Assembly (NCBI RefSeq): GCF_006345805.1
Contig: NC_043016.1
Location: 20,708,001 to 20,772,000 of the forward strand
Direction of reading: 5' to 3'
Length of the DNA: 64,000 bases
Source of the DNA: Octopus sinensis
Taxonomy: Eukaryota
Shown one piece after another: positions 49,751 through 63,379 of this stretch; position 1 is the stretch's first letter; every line of letters starts with the position of its first letter. Below the pieces are notes generated by a model. The model saw only the letters and a program-made list of their open reading frames with translations. It had not been told where the DNA came from and ran no database searches. The position numbers and the translations under genes are program-made.

Positions 49751-51108
49751 TATTCTTTTTTAAGATAGCCATTGAAAAAATTTTTTCATCCCATTCACCT
49801 TCACATTCCAAGAATTTGGCAACAAGCTACTCATCTGCCTCACATTCAAGGGCACATGCACTATGTTGGCACCATTTAATTTTCAATACAAATGCTCATC
49901 ACTGAAACAAGCTATGATTTTTTAAGTCTCCATCTCCTCCTCCTCCTCCTTCATAGCAGCAGCAGCAGCAGAAGTAGAAGAAGAAGAAGAAGAAGAAGAA
50001 GAAGAAGAAGAAGAAGAAGGAGGAGGAGGAGGGGGAGGGGGAGGGGGTGGAGGAGGGGGGCGACAACGACTCCTTCTCCTCCACCACCACCTCCCCTCCC
50101 CCTCTTCTTCTTCTTCTTCTCAACCATTCAAGGACATCTTTTTTCAGCTAATTCCTGGGTGGGGCTGACCACCCTGTACATAAGCTCATCCCAGCACCTG
50201 TCCATCTGAAGGTCCAGACTGAACCAGATCCCATCTGTTTAGAGACCTACAACACTGCTGGAACATAGACTCACCTCTCCAGATGTCAAGCTGCAAGCTC
50301 ACCAACTTTCTTTTCTTTCTTGACTACAAGGGTGTATGGATACAAAACAAAAATGTATTATACAAAAGTATAAAATATGTGAGAATGTAAAGGGGAGCAA
50401 AATATAGCGCAATATATTGTGACATGTTGAAAATTTAGGGAAATTGAACACACAGCAACAAACAGATTCTAATACAAGATAATGTCTGTAAACTTTATGT
50501 CAAACATGCAACCTACATGCTTGCTCTGCAGGAACAAAGATTTCTGAAATTTGCCCACAGACTCTTGAGTGAAAATCCTCCAGAACAGAGTGTTCACATA
50601 CTCTACCAAAGCTTAGAAATCCCCGAGAATATCTTTGCTCTTCCCCACCACTAAGTCTCTATATATTTTAAGGTTTGATGGACCCCCAATTGCATCAGCA
50701 TAAAGAACTGTGAGAGCCTGACAACATTCCAGATGCCAGGCACCCAGTCTTAGTGTTCACTTGATTCAGGATGGGATACTCTATCAGAACAGATGAGTTG
50801 AGGGCAAACATGCCTCAAAAACAATGACCTCAATCATTTACAAATCAGAAATCTCTGCAGATAAAGCAACCATGGCATATCAAACCTTTCATGAACAAGA
50901 GAGAAGGTGAGAAGAAAATTAAAAAATATTTTTGTTGTTTTTGTAAAATCTCAGAAGGCAGGCAAGAGAGGCAGCAGATGGAGATTTAGCGGGTACAAAA
51001 TAGCTGAAGGCCCAGATGTAAATATAGTAGAGAATAAGAGCAGGGACAATGTTAGGATGAAAGTAACGGAGGAAAAAGAAGAGTGGGTAGAAAAAGAGAA
51101 AGAGATAT

Positions 51109-51470
51109 ACTCTTTCTCTTTACTCTTTTACTCTTTTACTTGTTTCAGTCATTTGACTGCGGCCATGCTGGAGCACCACCTTTAGTACTTATTCTATCGG
51201 TCTCTTTTTGCCGAACCGCTAAGTAACGGGGACATAAACACACCACATCGGTTGTCAAGCAATGCTAGGGGGACAAACACAGACACACACATATACATAT
51301 ATATACATATATACGACAGGCTTCTTCAGTTTCCGTCTACCAAATCCACTCACAAGGCATTGGTCGGCCCGGGGCTATAGCAGAAGACACTTGCCCAAGA
51401 TGCCACGCAGTGGGACTGAACCCGCAACTGTGTGGTTGGTTAGCAAGCTACTTACCACACAGCCACTCCT
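51109..51470 (-). mobile_element. SINE family B
   Basis: Family sequence with an internal deletion. Confidence 0.88.
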
Positions 51471-51697
51471 GTCAGGAATTACTGTCAAAAAGGAGGTGCA
51501 AAGTCAAGGGAAAATATTACCTTACCTGGAAGCATGAAGGTTGGTAAGAGGAAGGGTATACGACTATTGATAATGTTCCTCAACAGATTCTGGCTGACAC
51601 ATGCTAGCTTGGAAAAATAGACATTAAAACGATGATGATGATGATGATGATGATGATGACAAAGACAACATACACATTACATATGCACACATGCACA

Positions 51698-52212
51698 TCT
51701 ATATATATAAAACTGTAGTTGTGTGAGTGTCTGTCCCCTTCGATTTAGATTCCTAACTCCTCCCACATTTTGCGGTGCAGTTTAACCAAATTCGGGTATC
51801 TTATAGTCGTGATTAATATCGAGCCCGTCTGGCTATTAGCGCGCGTCTACGATGAGTCTACGATTTTTAAAATAATTTAACATCATTTTTTATTCCATTT
51901 TAATGCATAATTTTTCGTGTGTCGATGGCAGCGGAGTTGGCGTCCATGGTCACACCTGCACCTGTGTTTGCTTCTCCCCATTCTTCCCTCCCTCGTGAAG
52001 CTGTGGGGAAGGGAGTGTAAGGAAATCAACGTCGTAAAGCATTTTCAAGGAGACCAACGTTCTTTTAGAACAACAACTTCATGGCTTGAAGACACCAAAA
52101 CAGAAAAGGCTAAGAAAGCCCGAATTGGCATCTATAAGGGAAGTAACTCTCTAAAAATGCTTATATAGTTATTTCCCTTACAAACCCGAGCAACGCCGGG
52201 TGATACTGCTAG
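51698..52212 (+). mobile_element. Non-autonomous Helitron family 1, copy 3
   Basis: A|TCTATATATATAAAAC ... CCCGAGCAACGCCGGG ... CTAG|T. Confidence 0.85.
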
Positions 52213-52742
52213 TATATACATATAAATAAATGTGCATATAACACACACATACACAAAACATGGAGAATTGATGTTAATGTCACAATGTAATTTACTTAAA
52301 TTACTGTTAAGCTTCTGGACAAACAATAAGCAGGGGAGACTAAATAACCTACATGATAGCTTTCTTGAAATGCTTCTGTAGATTTCTGTTTTAAACGGCA
52401 GATTATGGTTCTGTAAAAAATGTAAAAGAAATAATTCAAAAATTGCATCCCATGTCTCTGTTTAACCCTAAACCTGAACATTCTGAACAGTCTCATCTAC
52501 TTATCTCTTATTCAAGTGATGGTATACCATGTGGGTGTATTTGTTTGAAATTTACTCCTGGATTGTCTTTACACTTGGACTACTTTTCCAAACTTCTACT
52601 AGTGCTTTATGGCAAATGTGCTTTGTTCAAAGCATAGTCTTAGCTCCTTTCATTATTTATAATGGGTTAAATCTAAAAAGAAATGAAAATTGTATTATCG
52701 GATGCGAAACTGAATACATTTTTTGGGGGGAAAGGAGACATC

Positions 52743-52774
<32 letters not shown>

Positions 52775-52776
<2 letters not shown>

Positions 52777-54120
52777 TCATCATCATTTAACGTCCGTTTT
52801 TCATGCTGGCATGGGTTGGATGGTTTGACTGAAGTCTGGAGAGCCAGGAGGCTGTGCCAGGCTCCAATCTGATCTGGCAATGTTTCTACAGCTGGATGCC
52901 CTTCCTAATGCCAACCACTCCGAGAGTGTAGTGATTGCTTTTTACATGCCACTGGCACAGGAGCCAGTCAGGGAGCATTGGCATTGGCCACATTTGGATG
53001 ATTCTTTTTATGTGCCATTGGCACAGGAGCCAGTTGGGTGGACCTGGCATCGACTACATTTGGATGGTGCTTTTTATGTGCCACCAGCATGGGAGCAAGT
53101 CAGGGGTCACTGGCATCAGCCATGTTTGGATGAAGCATTTTACATGCCACCGGAATGGGAGCCAGTCAGAGGGCATTGGCCACAGCTATGATTTTGGTTT
53201 TACTTAACTCAACAGGTCTTCTCAAGCATATCATATTGCCCAATGCATCAAGGGTACTTTTAAATGGGCCAGACATGCAACACTGGCATTAGCCATGGCT
53301 GTGATCCCACTTGGCTTGCTGGGTCTTCTCAATCACAGCATATCTCCAAAGGTCTTGGTCTCCTGTCAGTGCCTGGTGTGAGGCCCAACATTTAAAGGTC
53401 ATGCTTCACCAGCTCATCCCATGTCTTCCTAGGTCTACCTCTTCCATAGGTTCCTTCCACTGTTAGGGTGTGACACTTCCTCACACAGCTGTCTTCATCC
53501 ATAAACAACACATGACCATACCAGTGCAGTTGTCTCTATTGCACACCACATTTGATGCTTCTTCTTTCAGGGTGCTCACTCTGTCGTGTATGCACACTGA
53601 CATTACACATCCAGTGGATCATACTAGCTCCATTTCTTTCAAGCCTACGCATGTCCTCTGCATTCATGGCCCATGTTTCACTGCTGTGTAGCATAGCAGT
53701 TTGCACACATGCATTATACAGTCTGCCTTTTATCCTGAGCAAGAGGCCCTTAGTTGCCAGCAGGGGTAGGAGCTCCCTGAACTTTGCCCAGGCTATTCTT
53801 ATTCTACACTCTCAGAGCAACCACCCCCACTACAGACTTGGTTGCCTTGGTAATGGAAGCTATCAACTAGTTCTAGTTTTTCTCCCTGGCATGAGATGAA
53901 ATCTGTTTTCTGTACATCTTCAGTGTTTATTACCCCAGTGCATCTGCCACACACAAAAACTACTTTCCCGGTTAACCTTCCTTTGATATTGCTGCACCTT
54001 TTATGTGCCCATAGCTTACATTAGGTACATCATATGGAGTTTCTACCCACGCCTTTTCTACAGTTCAAGCAGGGCCATCTACCCGAAGGGGGTTTGTGAT
54101 TTGTCAGCTTTCCTACTTAC
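52775..54120 (-). mobile_element. RTE LINE 3' part
   Basis: (CAT)n tail; KGRLYNACVQTAMLHSSETW; PHD remnant VCGRC. Confidence 0.85.
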
Positions 54121-54479
54121 TAAAACTTTGGTTTTGTTTTGTGTGTGTGTGTTAATTTAGAAAGAAAATATTGATGCATTTTTGACATAATTCCTTTTAG
54201 GGTACTTTTCAATACTTATGTTAGAATAAGCTTCATTTTTTACATTCTAGAAGAGCATTGTAGTTTGCTCGGAGCATTGTGATACAGATGTAAATAACAC
54301 AAAAAAACGTGAGTTTCTAACAAGGGAAAAAAGAAAAGTCTACTTTATTTTTTCCATTATTAGAAGTTCTCCTTTTACATTCTAATGCTTATTTCTTCTT
54401 GTTTTGCTCAGTTTTCAATTCTCTTTTCTTCCAGTTCTTTTCAAATTTGGTGTAATAAATATAGTTTTGTATGCTAATT

Positions 54480-55110
54480 ATCATCATCATCATCATCATC
54501 ATCATTTAACGTCCGCTTTCCATGCTGGCATGGGTTGGATGATTTGACTGAGGACTGATCTGGCAGAGTTTCTACAGCTGGATGCTCTTCCTAACGCCAA
54601 CCACTCTGAGAGTGTAGTGGGTGTCTTTACATGCCACCAGCACGAGGACCAGTCAGGAGGTACTGGCAACAGCCACACTCAAATGGTGTTTTTACGTGCC
54701 ACCTGTGCAGGAGCCAGTCCAGCGGCACTGGCAACAACCTCACTTGAATGTTGTTTTTCATGTGCCACTAAGACGATGCTGGTAACAATCACGCTCGAGT
54801 GGTACTTTTTACATGCCACTTGCATGGGAGCCAGTCAGTGGCCCTGGCAGCGATCACGTTCAGATGATGCTCTTATTGCTCCACTAGCACGGATGCCAGT
54901 TATGCGGAGCTGTTGATTTCACTTGCCTCAACAGGTCTTCACATGCAGAGTTTAGTGTCCAATGAAGGAAAGGTACACATAAGTGGGCTGATTACACTAC
55001 TGGCATAGGCCACGGGTTATGGTCTCACTTGGCTTGCCGGGTCTTCTTAAGCACAGCATATTTCCAAAGGTCTCAGTCACTAGTCGTCGCCTTGCTGAGG
55101 CCTAATATTT
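54480..55110 (-). mobile_element. RTE LINE 3'UTR
   Basis: (CAT)n tail plus family 3'UTR. Confidence 0.8.
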
Positions 55111-55114
55111 GAGG

Positions 55115-55600
55115 CACTGAAAAGTGCTGCTCAAACAAACTTCAAAGCGATAAATGCTCAACAAACATACTAAAATTGCAGTTCACATTTCGACATACTT
55201 CTTTACAGAAAACACAGCTGAAAATACTGCCACTTTGGTACCTTCAATGCCAATATACAATAAAAATTTGTTACCAGCCAGTAGCCATAAATGGACATCT
55301 AGTCTGTTAGAATTAGCAGCTAACATGGCCCAGACAGTCAAATTTTGTGGCCAGTTAGCAGTCGGCAACACAACACCGAATTGCAATCAAGCTGTTTTGT
55401 ACTCCATTGACTCCACAGATGAGACTTTCAAGAGTTCTTTCTTCGCATGTTTTATGGGATCGTTACGTTTCATTTCGTTTATATTTTAAAAAAATGTTTG
55501 CCCTGCAAACCTTATAATTCACAAGCGCATTTTATATCATTATAACAGACATGTCCAAGCTCAATGCCACATTCAATCTTTGCAAATGCACCTGCAGATG
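55115..55600 (-). mobile_element. hAT-like transposase C-terminal remnant
   Basis: Minus strand ...LQGK... and ILVCLLSIYRFEVCLSS resemble the hAT dimerisation motif. Confidence 0.4.
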
Positions 55601-57139
55601 ATAATTTCATACTTCTGAGTGAATATACACTATTTATGCATACATATTACTCTCTGTTCTCTCGCAATGGTTTAGCATAATGTTTCCGTTTGAATGTTTG
55701 CAGTTTTCTCATGATACTAAGTTTTGCAGCATTTTTCTTGTTAGAGTAAACAACGTGCATACATATAATTCAATTCGTGTTTGCTATGTTCTCTTGGCAT
55801 TTTCACACAGAAGAAACACAAACCATATTATTCTGCACTTTGCTTCCAACCTATCACTTTCCTCTCTTAGACTATTCTATGGTCATGTTGCATATAGAAG
55901 TAAGTTTAAATGGTTCAGCTCATCCAGCATTTCTCACAGCTTCCTCTAGCATACAAAATTAGAACACAAGCACTAATGTTCTTAAAAACTTGAAAAATTA
56001 CCCATTTTTTTCAGCATTTAGCAGAAAATTTTTGAATCTAGCATTTAGCAGGGAAAATAGGCTTAAAATTTTATATAGTATTTTTTAGCATTTTTCTCTG
56101 ATCATGACATTTCCACAATAGTTACCCTTTTTTTCTACTTTTTCTTCTTTTTCTACTTTCTTTAAAGTATCTTACAGCCAAATTTTAGTAATATCGGCTA
56201 TTTTGTCGAATTTTTGGTTGATGTTGACATTATTACCCGGAAACGAAATCAAAAAAAGAAAATAGTGCAAAGGGTATATAAAAAAAAGGTGTAGAAAACA
56301 AATCAGCAAGACTTCTGCCCATCCCTCCCACCCCAAAACCACCCTTTAAAAAAATTTTTATTTCCACACAAAACCCCCTGGGGAATACGAATCTGCAGAA
56401 AAATTGGTAAAAATTGGCATTTTTAGATTACCACCCTCACCCCACTTTCCTTCATTTCCTACTTTTTCAGAAATTTTTTTTTTTCAAAATATGTGGAAAA
56501 ATACGAAAAAAATATTTGTAAAATGTTTATATTTTTTTTTTTTTTTTTTTCTAAATATGCGAAAAAATACGGACATTGTGATTTGGACAAAAATTTCAAA
56601 ACATTTCTGTAGTTACAGTTAGGGTTTTAGGGTTAAGGTTGGTATTGGGGTGGGCTTTTAGGGTTAGGGTTAGTGTTGGGGAAAAAAGTCAAAATTGAAG
56701 AATTGGTGGGGGTGGAATTTTCACAATGCCAGTTTTTGGCAATTTTCTGGAACTTCTGTATCCAAAAATGGGGGGGGGGGGATAATAATAATAATAATAA
56801 ACAAATTTGGGAGAAAATGGTGGGGTGGGAGATGGGTGGAAGTCTTTCCATGTTGGCATTTCCCCTCATAACTTTTAGGAAAATGGGTATTTTAAATGAA
56901 ATTTTATACAAATACCTTTCAAACGGTATAGATTATGATTATAAATAAATTTGTGGGGAAAATCTTTTCCGAGGGGGTGGGGAGAGAACTTCGGAAAATT
57001 CACAAGATTCACAAGATGCAAGTTTTTCTCTCAAAACTTTGAGGAAAATATAATCCTTTTGAAATCATAAATTAGGATTTTCCACAGGAACTTGGATGCT
57101 AAACATCCCTTTGAAGGGTTTGGGTCCTTACTTCTATTA

Positions 57140-57410
57140 TCTATATATATATATAAAACTGAGAATGTGTGTGTGTGTGTCTGTCTGTCTGTGTGTTTCC
57201 CTAAAACTTGAGAACTACACAACCAATTTCATTCAAATTTTACACATGCCTTACTTAGGGTCCATGTAGTTTCATGGGCAAAAAAATGTTCAACTTCTTA
57301 CCTAGAGCGAGCCCATAGCAATATCATATCTTCTCCACTATTTCAGTATTACGTGTTAAAAGTGAAACAAAAACATTTCTCTATTTTATGTCAGATGCTT
57401 TCACTTTAAC
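57140..57410 (+). mobile_element. Helitron/DINE-1-like 5' fragment
   Basis: A|TCTATATATATATATAAAACT, a (TG)/(TCTG) tract, and CAACCAATTTCATTCAAATTT. Confidence 0.5.
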
Positions 57411-57744
57411 AATAAAAATAATAATAACAATTGAATTATATGTAGTAAGTAATAATTAAAATCAAACTAAAGTATAAGATTATCATAACATAACAAAAGT
57501 AAAAATAGCAATTGGTATAAAATTGCATCAATGACTTGAACTGGAATCAGTGGTTTCGCATGAATGGGAATAAATAAAAAATAAAATTTAAGGGCAGGAT
57601 AAAAAGTCACAGCATAATTAATCTAGAGTAGCCGGTAATAAAGTCACAGGAAAAAAAGTCACAGTTATTTTATGGGATCCGTACAAAACCCCTATGATTT
57701 TATTACAGTGACATTTGTTTCCTGTGACTTTGGAAATCATTATC

Positions 57745-59767
57745 AGACTAATTTACTTCTGTTAATCAGTTAATTCTTTAACGTTAATTTTTATTATAGA
57801 AAAAATGACAAAAAATCAGTTTTTGCTCTAAAAACACCTTTTTAAAAAGTGCCAAAACTATAAAATCAACTTTTTTGGGGCCTTTTTAAGGGCTTTAGAA
57901 CCCAAAAACTATAGTTTTTTTTTTAAATTTGCTTTAGAGTTAAAAATACTGATTTTATAGTTTTAACTTTTAAAAGACCTAAAAAAGGCTGATTTCATAG
58001 TTTGGGCCCCTTTTTTTTTTTTAGGTTTTTAAAGGTTTTTAGATTCAGAAAAGAGTAAAAAAAGTGCATTATTCAAGAGGCCCTACAGGGCTACCATGGC
58101 CAAGGCACATGCACTCTGGAATCAGTAAGATCTCAGCATTGTGGCAGCAGACAGTATCTACACTGAGGTGGGGAGGAGGCTGGTTGTCACCCTGTGGTCA
58201 CCCTCAACACCATCCTGGAGACTAAGATGTCTGTCTGTTCTCCACAGAGTCATGACCTAGTTGAAGGTCAACAGCTTCAACGACCAGGATATCAACTTAA
58301 TGAAGGAGTATGCCAAGATAATAAATTGATAATAAAATAATATTATATTTTATTATTATAATATATATATTATAGATAATATGTTTTAGTGGCTACAGTA
58401 ATTGCTTGTGCACAAGCTATTTGTAGAACCAGTATGTAATATTTGGAACACCTTGAAGACATTCAGTCTCTAGACACATATATATTGATTATTAATATAA
58501 TGCTAAAATAATATTATAGACACTAAATTATAAAATTAATATTGACATTTTATTTGACAATATATTTTTTACTAGTTTTTTCCCTACAAATTTGAGTCTG
58601 AAATTTGCTAATTCTCCATTATTTTATTTCCAGGTCATGTCACTTGTGGCCAAAGTACTCAACAAGATCCAGGCAAAGGAACAAGTCTACCCTGGGACTC
58701 TGTTGCCAACAGTTGCTGTGACAATCTTTAGGCTGAAGGACTTGAAGTCCAAGGGCCTTGTCTACAGCAGCTCCTTGATCAATGCACTTTTGGCAGGCAC
58801 CAACAAAAGGTGTAGGACCTTCCTGGAGGATCAGGAATGTTCATCTAACTGGATAAGTATGATAACACCAAGGTCGCCAAGGTGAGAAAAAGTATAGAGG
58901 TTAAGGCTGCGGAGGCCATGAAGCTGCAGTCTGATGAAATGAGCAACAATGAGGAGGAGGAGGAAGATTTCTTTAGTGCTGTCACCCAGCCAAAAGAGAG
59001 CAACAGGAGTCACTCAAGAACAAGGCCCAGAATTTGGTCAAGACCTAGTTGGAGACCAGCTCCAAGGACTTGCTGACAGATGCTGCCTTCTTGGGTGAGC
59101 AAGTGTTGATAGACTTGTTCATCAAGTTCAGATGCAGTGAAGCATTTGTTCTCTATGGCCAAGGACATCTTGAGGGCCAAGAGATCATCCCTGTCTGATG
59201 AAAACTTTGACAGGCTAATTTTCATGAAGAGCAACATGTTTCTCATGAACAAAATGGAGAACGAGAAGAAGAAGAAAAATTGAATTATGTATATATTGTT
59301 TTTCATTTTTAAAATATTTTTACAGACAATTTATCAATAAACTTTTTTAGTTTAACACTAAAATTTGTTTCATTTGAATTTTTTATACTATTTTCTGGTT
59401 CTAAAAGCCTTTAAAATCCTAAAAATAAAGGACCAAAACTATGAAATCAGCCTTTTTTAGGTCTTTTAAAAGTTAAAACTATAAAATCAGCATTTTTTAA
59501 CTCTAAAGCAAAAAAATTTTTAAAAAACTATTGTCTTTGGGTTCTAAAGCCCTTTAAAGGGCCAAAAAAGGCTGATTTTTATAGTTTTGGCATTTTTTAA
59601 AGGTGTTTTTAAGTGGTTTTAGAGCAAAAACTAATTTTTTGTTCTTTTCCATAGTAAAAATTAATGTTAATGGTTTGTCAATAACTTCCGTTATATTTTT
59701 AAAGAATTAACAGTTCTCAAATTTTTTGTTAGTGGATTAACTTTTCAATTAACAGTGCCCATCTTTG
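57745..59767 (+). mobile_element. Internally deleted hAT element with long subterminal inverted repeats and an intron-containing transposase remnant
   Basis: EYAK|VMSLVAKVLNKIQ...LLPT...ALLAG..KR; HLFSMAKDILRAKRSSLSDENFDRLIFMK. Arms ~57778-58010 / 59429-59670; right TIR TTAACAGTGCCCATCTTTG. Confidence 0.8.
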
Positions 59768-59786
59768 ATATATACATACATGCATG

Positions 59787-61600
59787 CAGTGGCCCGGGAA
59801 CGAAATTTGCTTAGGGTGTGTAAACTCAGGTCCAAAATGTTTTTACAAACAAGGCCGATTTATTTCAATCTTAATATCAAAGCAAACACAGGTATAATAA
59901 TTTTTTTTTTTATTATTATATATGGAAAAGTAATACTTCAAATCATTCCAAAAATGTTTCTATTCTTGCTTGTTTTGGCAATGAAGTTTTACAAGAGGAT
60001 TCCAAAGTGTTTTCATTGCACAAGTTTTTATATATATGCATTACAGCATAGTGTGTCAGATGGGGTTGCATCAATGTAGTGTGGAGTCAGGTCTTCAAAC
60101 AGCAAAGTTTGCTGAACAGTCTCTCGCTTGATGCAACAGACACAGGCTTCCAACATGATGACGTTCTCATCACAAAGGCTGGTCCATAGCGCTTTCAGAA
60201 GAATGGGGATTTGGTGAACAAAGTTCAATGCATCAGTAACTATGGCAACTGTATATCCAACTTCTTAGAGGACAAACTCCAGGGAGTCGTTTCCACAGTG
60301 TACAAAATATGTACCAGGAAACATGTATTTTAATCTCTTTTGTATGTCTGAAATGTTTCCGCTCATGGTACATGCACCATCAAAGCAAAGGCAGCATAAT
60401 TTTGAGCTTAGCTCAATGTTTAGGCAACATAAAACATTCAGAATAATATTTGTTAGTGTCTCCAAAGTGTAACCATGAGAAAAATCTTCATGGACATCTT
60501 GGTTTTCAGAAACATAACGACAATAGTTAATTTTTGTTCCATGCCTGAGCAATCACATATAATACCAAAAAACATGTATCTTCAACCTTTTTTTTCTGAT
60601 CTCATTTGGGGTGTTATGATCATATGCCTCTAGGATTTCATTTTGTATGGTATGAGATTTACAAAGTTTCCTGTGTTATGTGTTAACTTTCTCTTCAAAG
60701 AAGGAACTAATAATTTCATTTAGCTTTTACTAAGGTTATTCCTTGATCCTTCAACAATGGAACTGCAAACTGCTATTATCTTTTACTAAGGATTTCCTTA
60801 ACTCTTTGATCATGAAAGTGCTTATTCCTATTCATGGTTATTTGCTTAAAATCATTGCTAATATAGGAAACATCTATGTTGGAGATGCTGACACCGATAT
60901 TTTTTGGATAATATTTCAATTTTTGTATCCAACTTTACCAAGTGCCACATTATAATAGTCAACATTTTTGCCAAGAATATCCTTATTAGATGATAAATTA
61001 GAAATATTATAAACTAAAAAGTCTTTTACAGAACCAGGATGATTACTTTCAACAGTTATATACCTAAGATTAGTGTTGGAATTGTGGTATGGCTCATATT
61101 TACCTCTATTAAGATTAACATCAAGTAGTTAACAGATTCTTGTTATAGAGAGTCCAAAACTCTTTTTAAAAAAATCTGTAAAATTTCTTCTTATATAGTT
61201 TCATTTTCCTATTAGACAGGCTCCTAATGGTAAAAGGGACATCATTCCTATATAGACCTCCTTCAATTTCTGGAAAATCCCTTCCCAAGATAAAAAGATT
61301 ATAAATCCCAACTAAATCTGTAACTTGGGCAGAATCTGCCAATCACATGGCTATATCAAAGCCATCCCTACTATTTATTATAGTCCAATTGTTGTTCTCA
61401 AACTCTATAATTGTTCTTCCAGCAGCTAAAACAACATTAATTTCATTCATATTAATATTTGAGTAATTTTTCGTGAATAAAAGGGCTTTATTTAAAACAA
61501 TTTGTTTAATTGAAATGTAATAGCTATAAATATATATTTTCATAAAATTATTCCTACTTTTAAATTTAATTCTATTAAACAAATCTATTACCTCATAGGT
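59787..61600 (-). mobile_element. Second hAT (Tip100/ZMYM-like) transposon remnant
   Basis: CFDGACTMSGNISDIQKRLKYMFPGTYFVHCGNDSLEFVL matches the hAT YDGA..MSG...VHC..H.LNL motif; terminal CAGTGGCCC at 59787. Confidence 0.7.
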
Positions 61601-61842
61601 ATTAGACCAGAGTTGTAAACTAATTTTTCTTTAAGAACAGGTATATACTTATCCAAATAGCCTTACTAAGTTTACCCAGGTCCAATTTATCTGGGTAAAT
61701 CAATCTTACTTTAGGGTTTCTATAAAAATTTTCTTTGTGATCCTTTAAAATAATCCTCAGTCTTTTAAGAATAAAAAGTTCTGTCATCCAATTTGTAATT
61801 TTCCATAATTTGTTTAGAAATTAAGTTAGTAGTTCTTAATAT

Positions 61843-61906
<64 letters not shown>

Positions 61907-62006
61907 CGTGTGTGTGTATGTGTGTGTGTGTGAAACAAGGTGGAAAAAAGAGTACTCAAATACCAGTGGTAAAGTAATATGCTTTATTTAAAAGCAGCAG
62001 AAATAT

Positions 62007-62059
62007 AACAAAAGCTGTTACTCAGAGTTTCGCATTCCCATTCATCGGACAGTTTTGTT
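62007..62059 (-). ncRNA. Minimal type-I hammerhead ribozyme-like motif (partly decayed)
   Basis: AACAAAACUGU-CCGAUGA-AUGGGAAUGC-GAAA-CUCUGAG-UA-ACAGCUUUUGUU: 11-bp stem I, core with U4C, stem III, GUA triplet. Confidence 0.6.
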
Positions 62060-62578
62060 AAAATGGAACAGAAATAACAATATAATCAAAATTAGTTAAA
62101 GGATACACCTTTAAAAATGGATTTGTTTCATTAGTCCTTTCAATTAACAGTCTTAAGCATGCAATGAACAAAATAAATGAATCCAATATAAATTCATCCT
62201 ATTGCAAAATTGAAGAAAACTTTAAATCGAAGAGTAAATTCAAAATACATATTGTAAATAATTATATACGAAATACAAGTCAATAAATTAAAATTTTCAC
62301 TTTGTATTACATTAATATTTTACAACAGTATATACCCATACTAGACCATCTATAATATACATATATACATCAAAAGACACAGATGCATAATAGGAAGAAT
62401 CCTAAAAGTAACAGCTAGCAAAAGAAAGAGGGAAGTAAGGGGGGAGGGAGAAGAGGAACGCATTGTTTAAGGACGCTATCAAAGTAATGAATAGGGAGAG
62501 AAAGTATACTTTGCGTAAGGAAAGAAAATGAAAGAGGGATAGGTGACGGAATATGTGTAACAAACGTACACATAAAAT

Positions 62579-62614
<36 letters not shown>

Positions 62615-63379
62615 CAAATAAGAAAATGTAGAAGCACACTAGTTAGTTCATCAACTGTAGGATATTAAAATGTTGACTTATCTATTTATCAAAACGACAA
62701 CCATAATAACATACATACATATCGTATATTATTCTATGCATATGAGATAAGAATACAAGCAGTTATTAAAAAACATGAATATAAATTATTAAAATCACTT
62801 ACGGCTGTTTCAGATAAAAGCATCTCATTCTGCCTATATTAGCCAAGTGTATTGAGGTGATAGGCAGTTGAAAAGGATATATATATATATACATAAGTAT
62901 ATATTAGCATATAAATACACATATAAGATCACGTATATAAATATACGGAAATATGCATGTAAATACATATCCACACAAATATAAGTGTATACATGCATAT
63001 ATATATATACATCCATGTATGTATGTTTATAAATATAAACATACACGCTTACTTACACATATACACAAACGCATACATACAAATACATATGCATGCCTAC
63101 AATACAGACATCCACATAAAAACATATCTAGATCTTTTTTTTAAAAATTGCTAAGTGTATAATAATAAAAATCAGATAAAAGACATGCAAAATGAAACAC
63201 CATATATCGAATTATCTATACATATAGCAATTAAATGGGTTTATAAAATACAATAAAATGATATAAAAATAAAATCTTAAACATGAAAATAATATATACA
63301 TATAACAGTTGAAGGTTTTCTTAAGAAATACGTCAAAATATATACAAAATCTTTGCAATGCAAAATAAATCATGCATAT

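Noticed and set aside
56620-56680. Chromosome-fusion telomere scar
   Set aside because: Short, degenerate TTAGGG-like run embedded in an interspersed repeat; no head-to-head array.
62796-62835. Hammerhead at GAAACAGCCGTA (minus strand)
   Set aside because: Stem II- and III-like parts are present, but the core reads CAGAATGA and stem I does not pair; at most a decayed relic.
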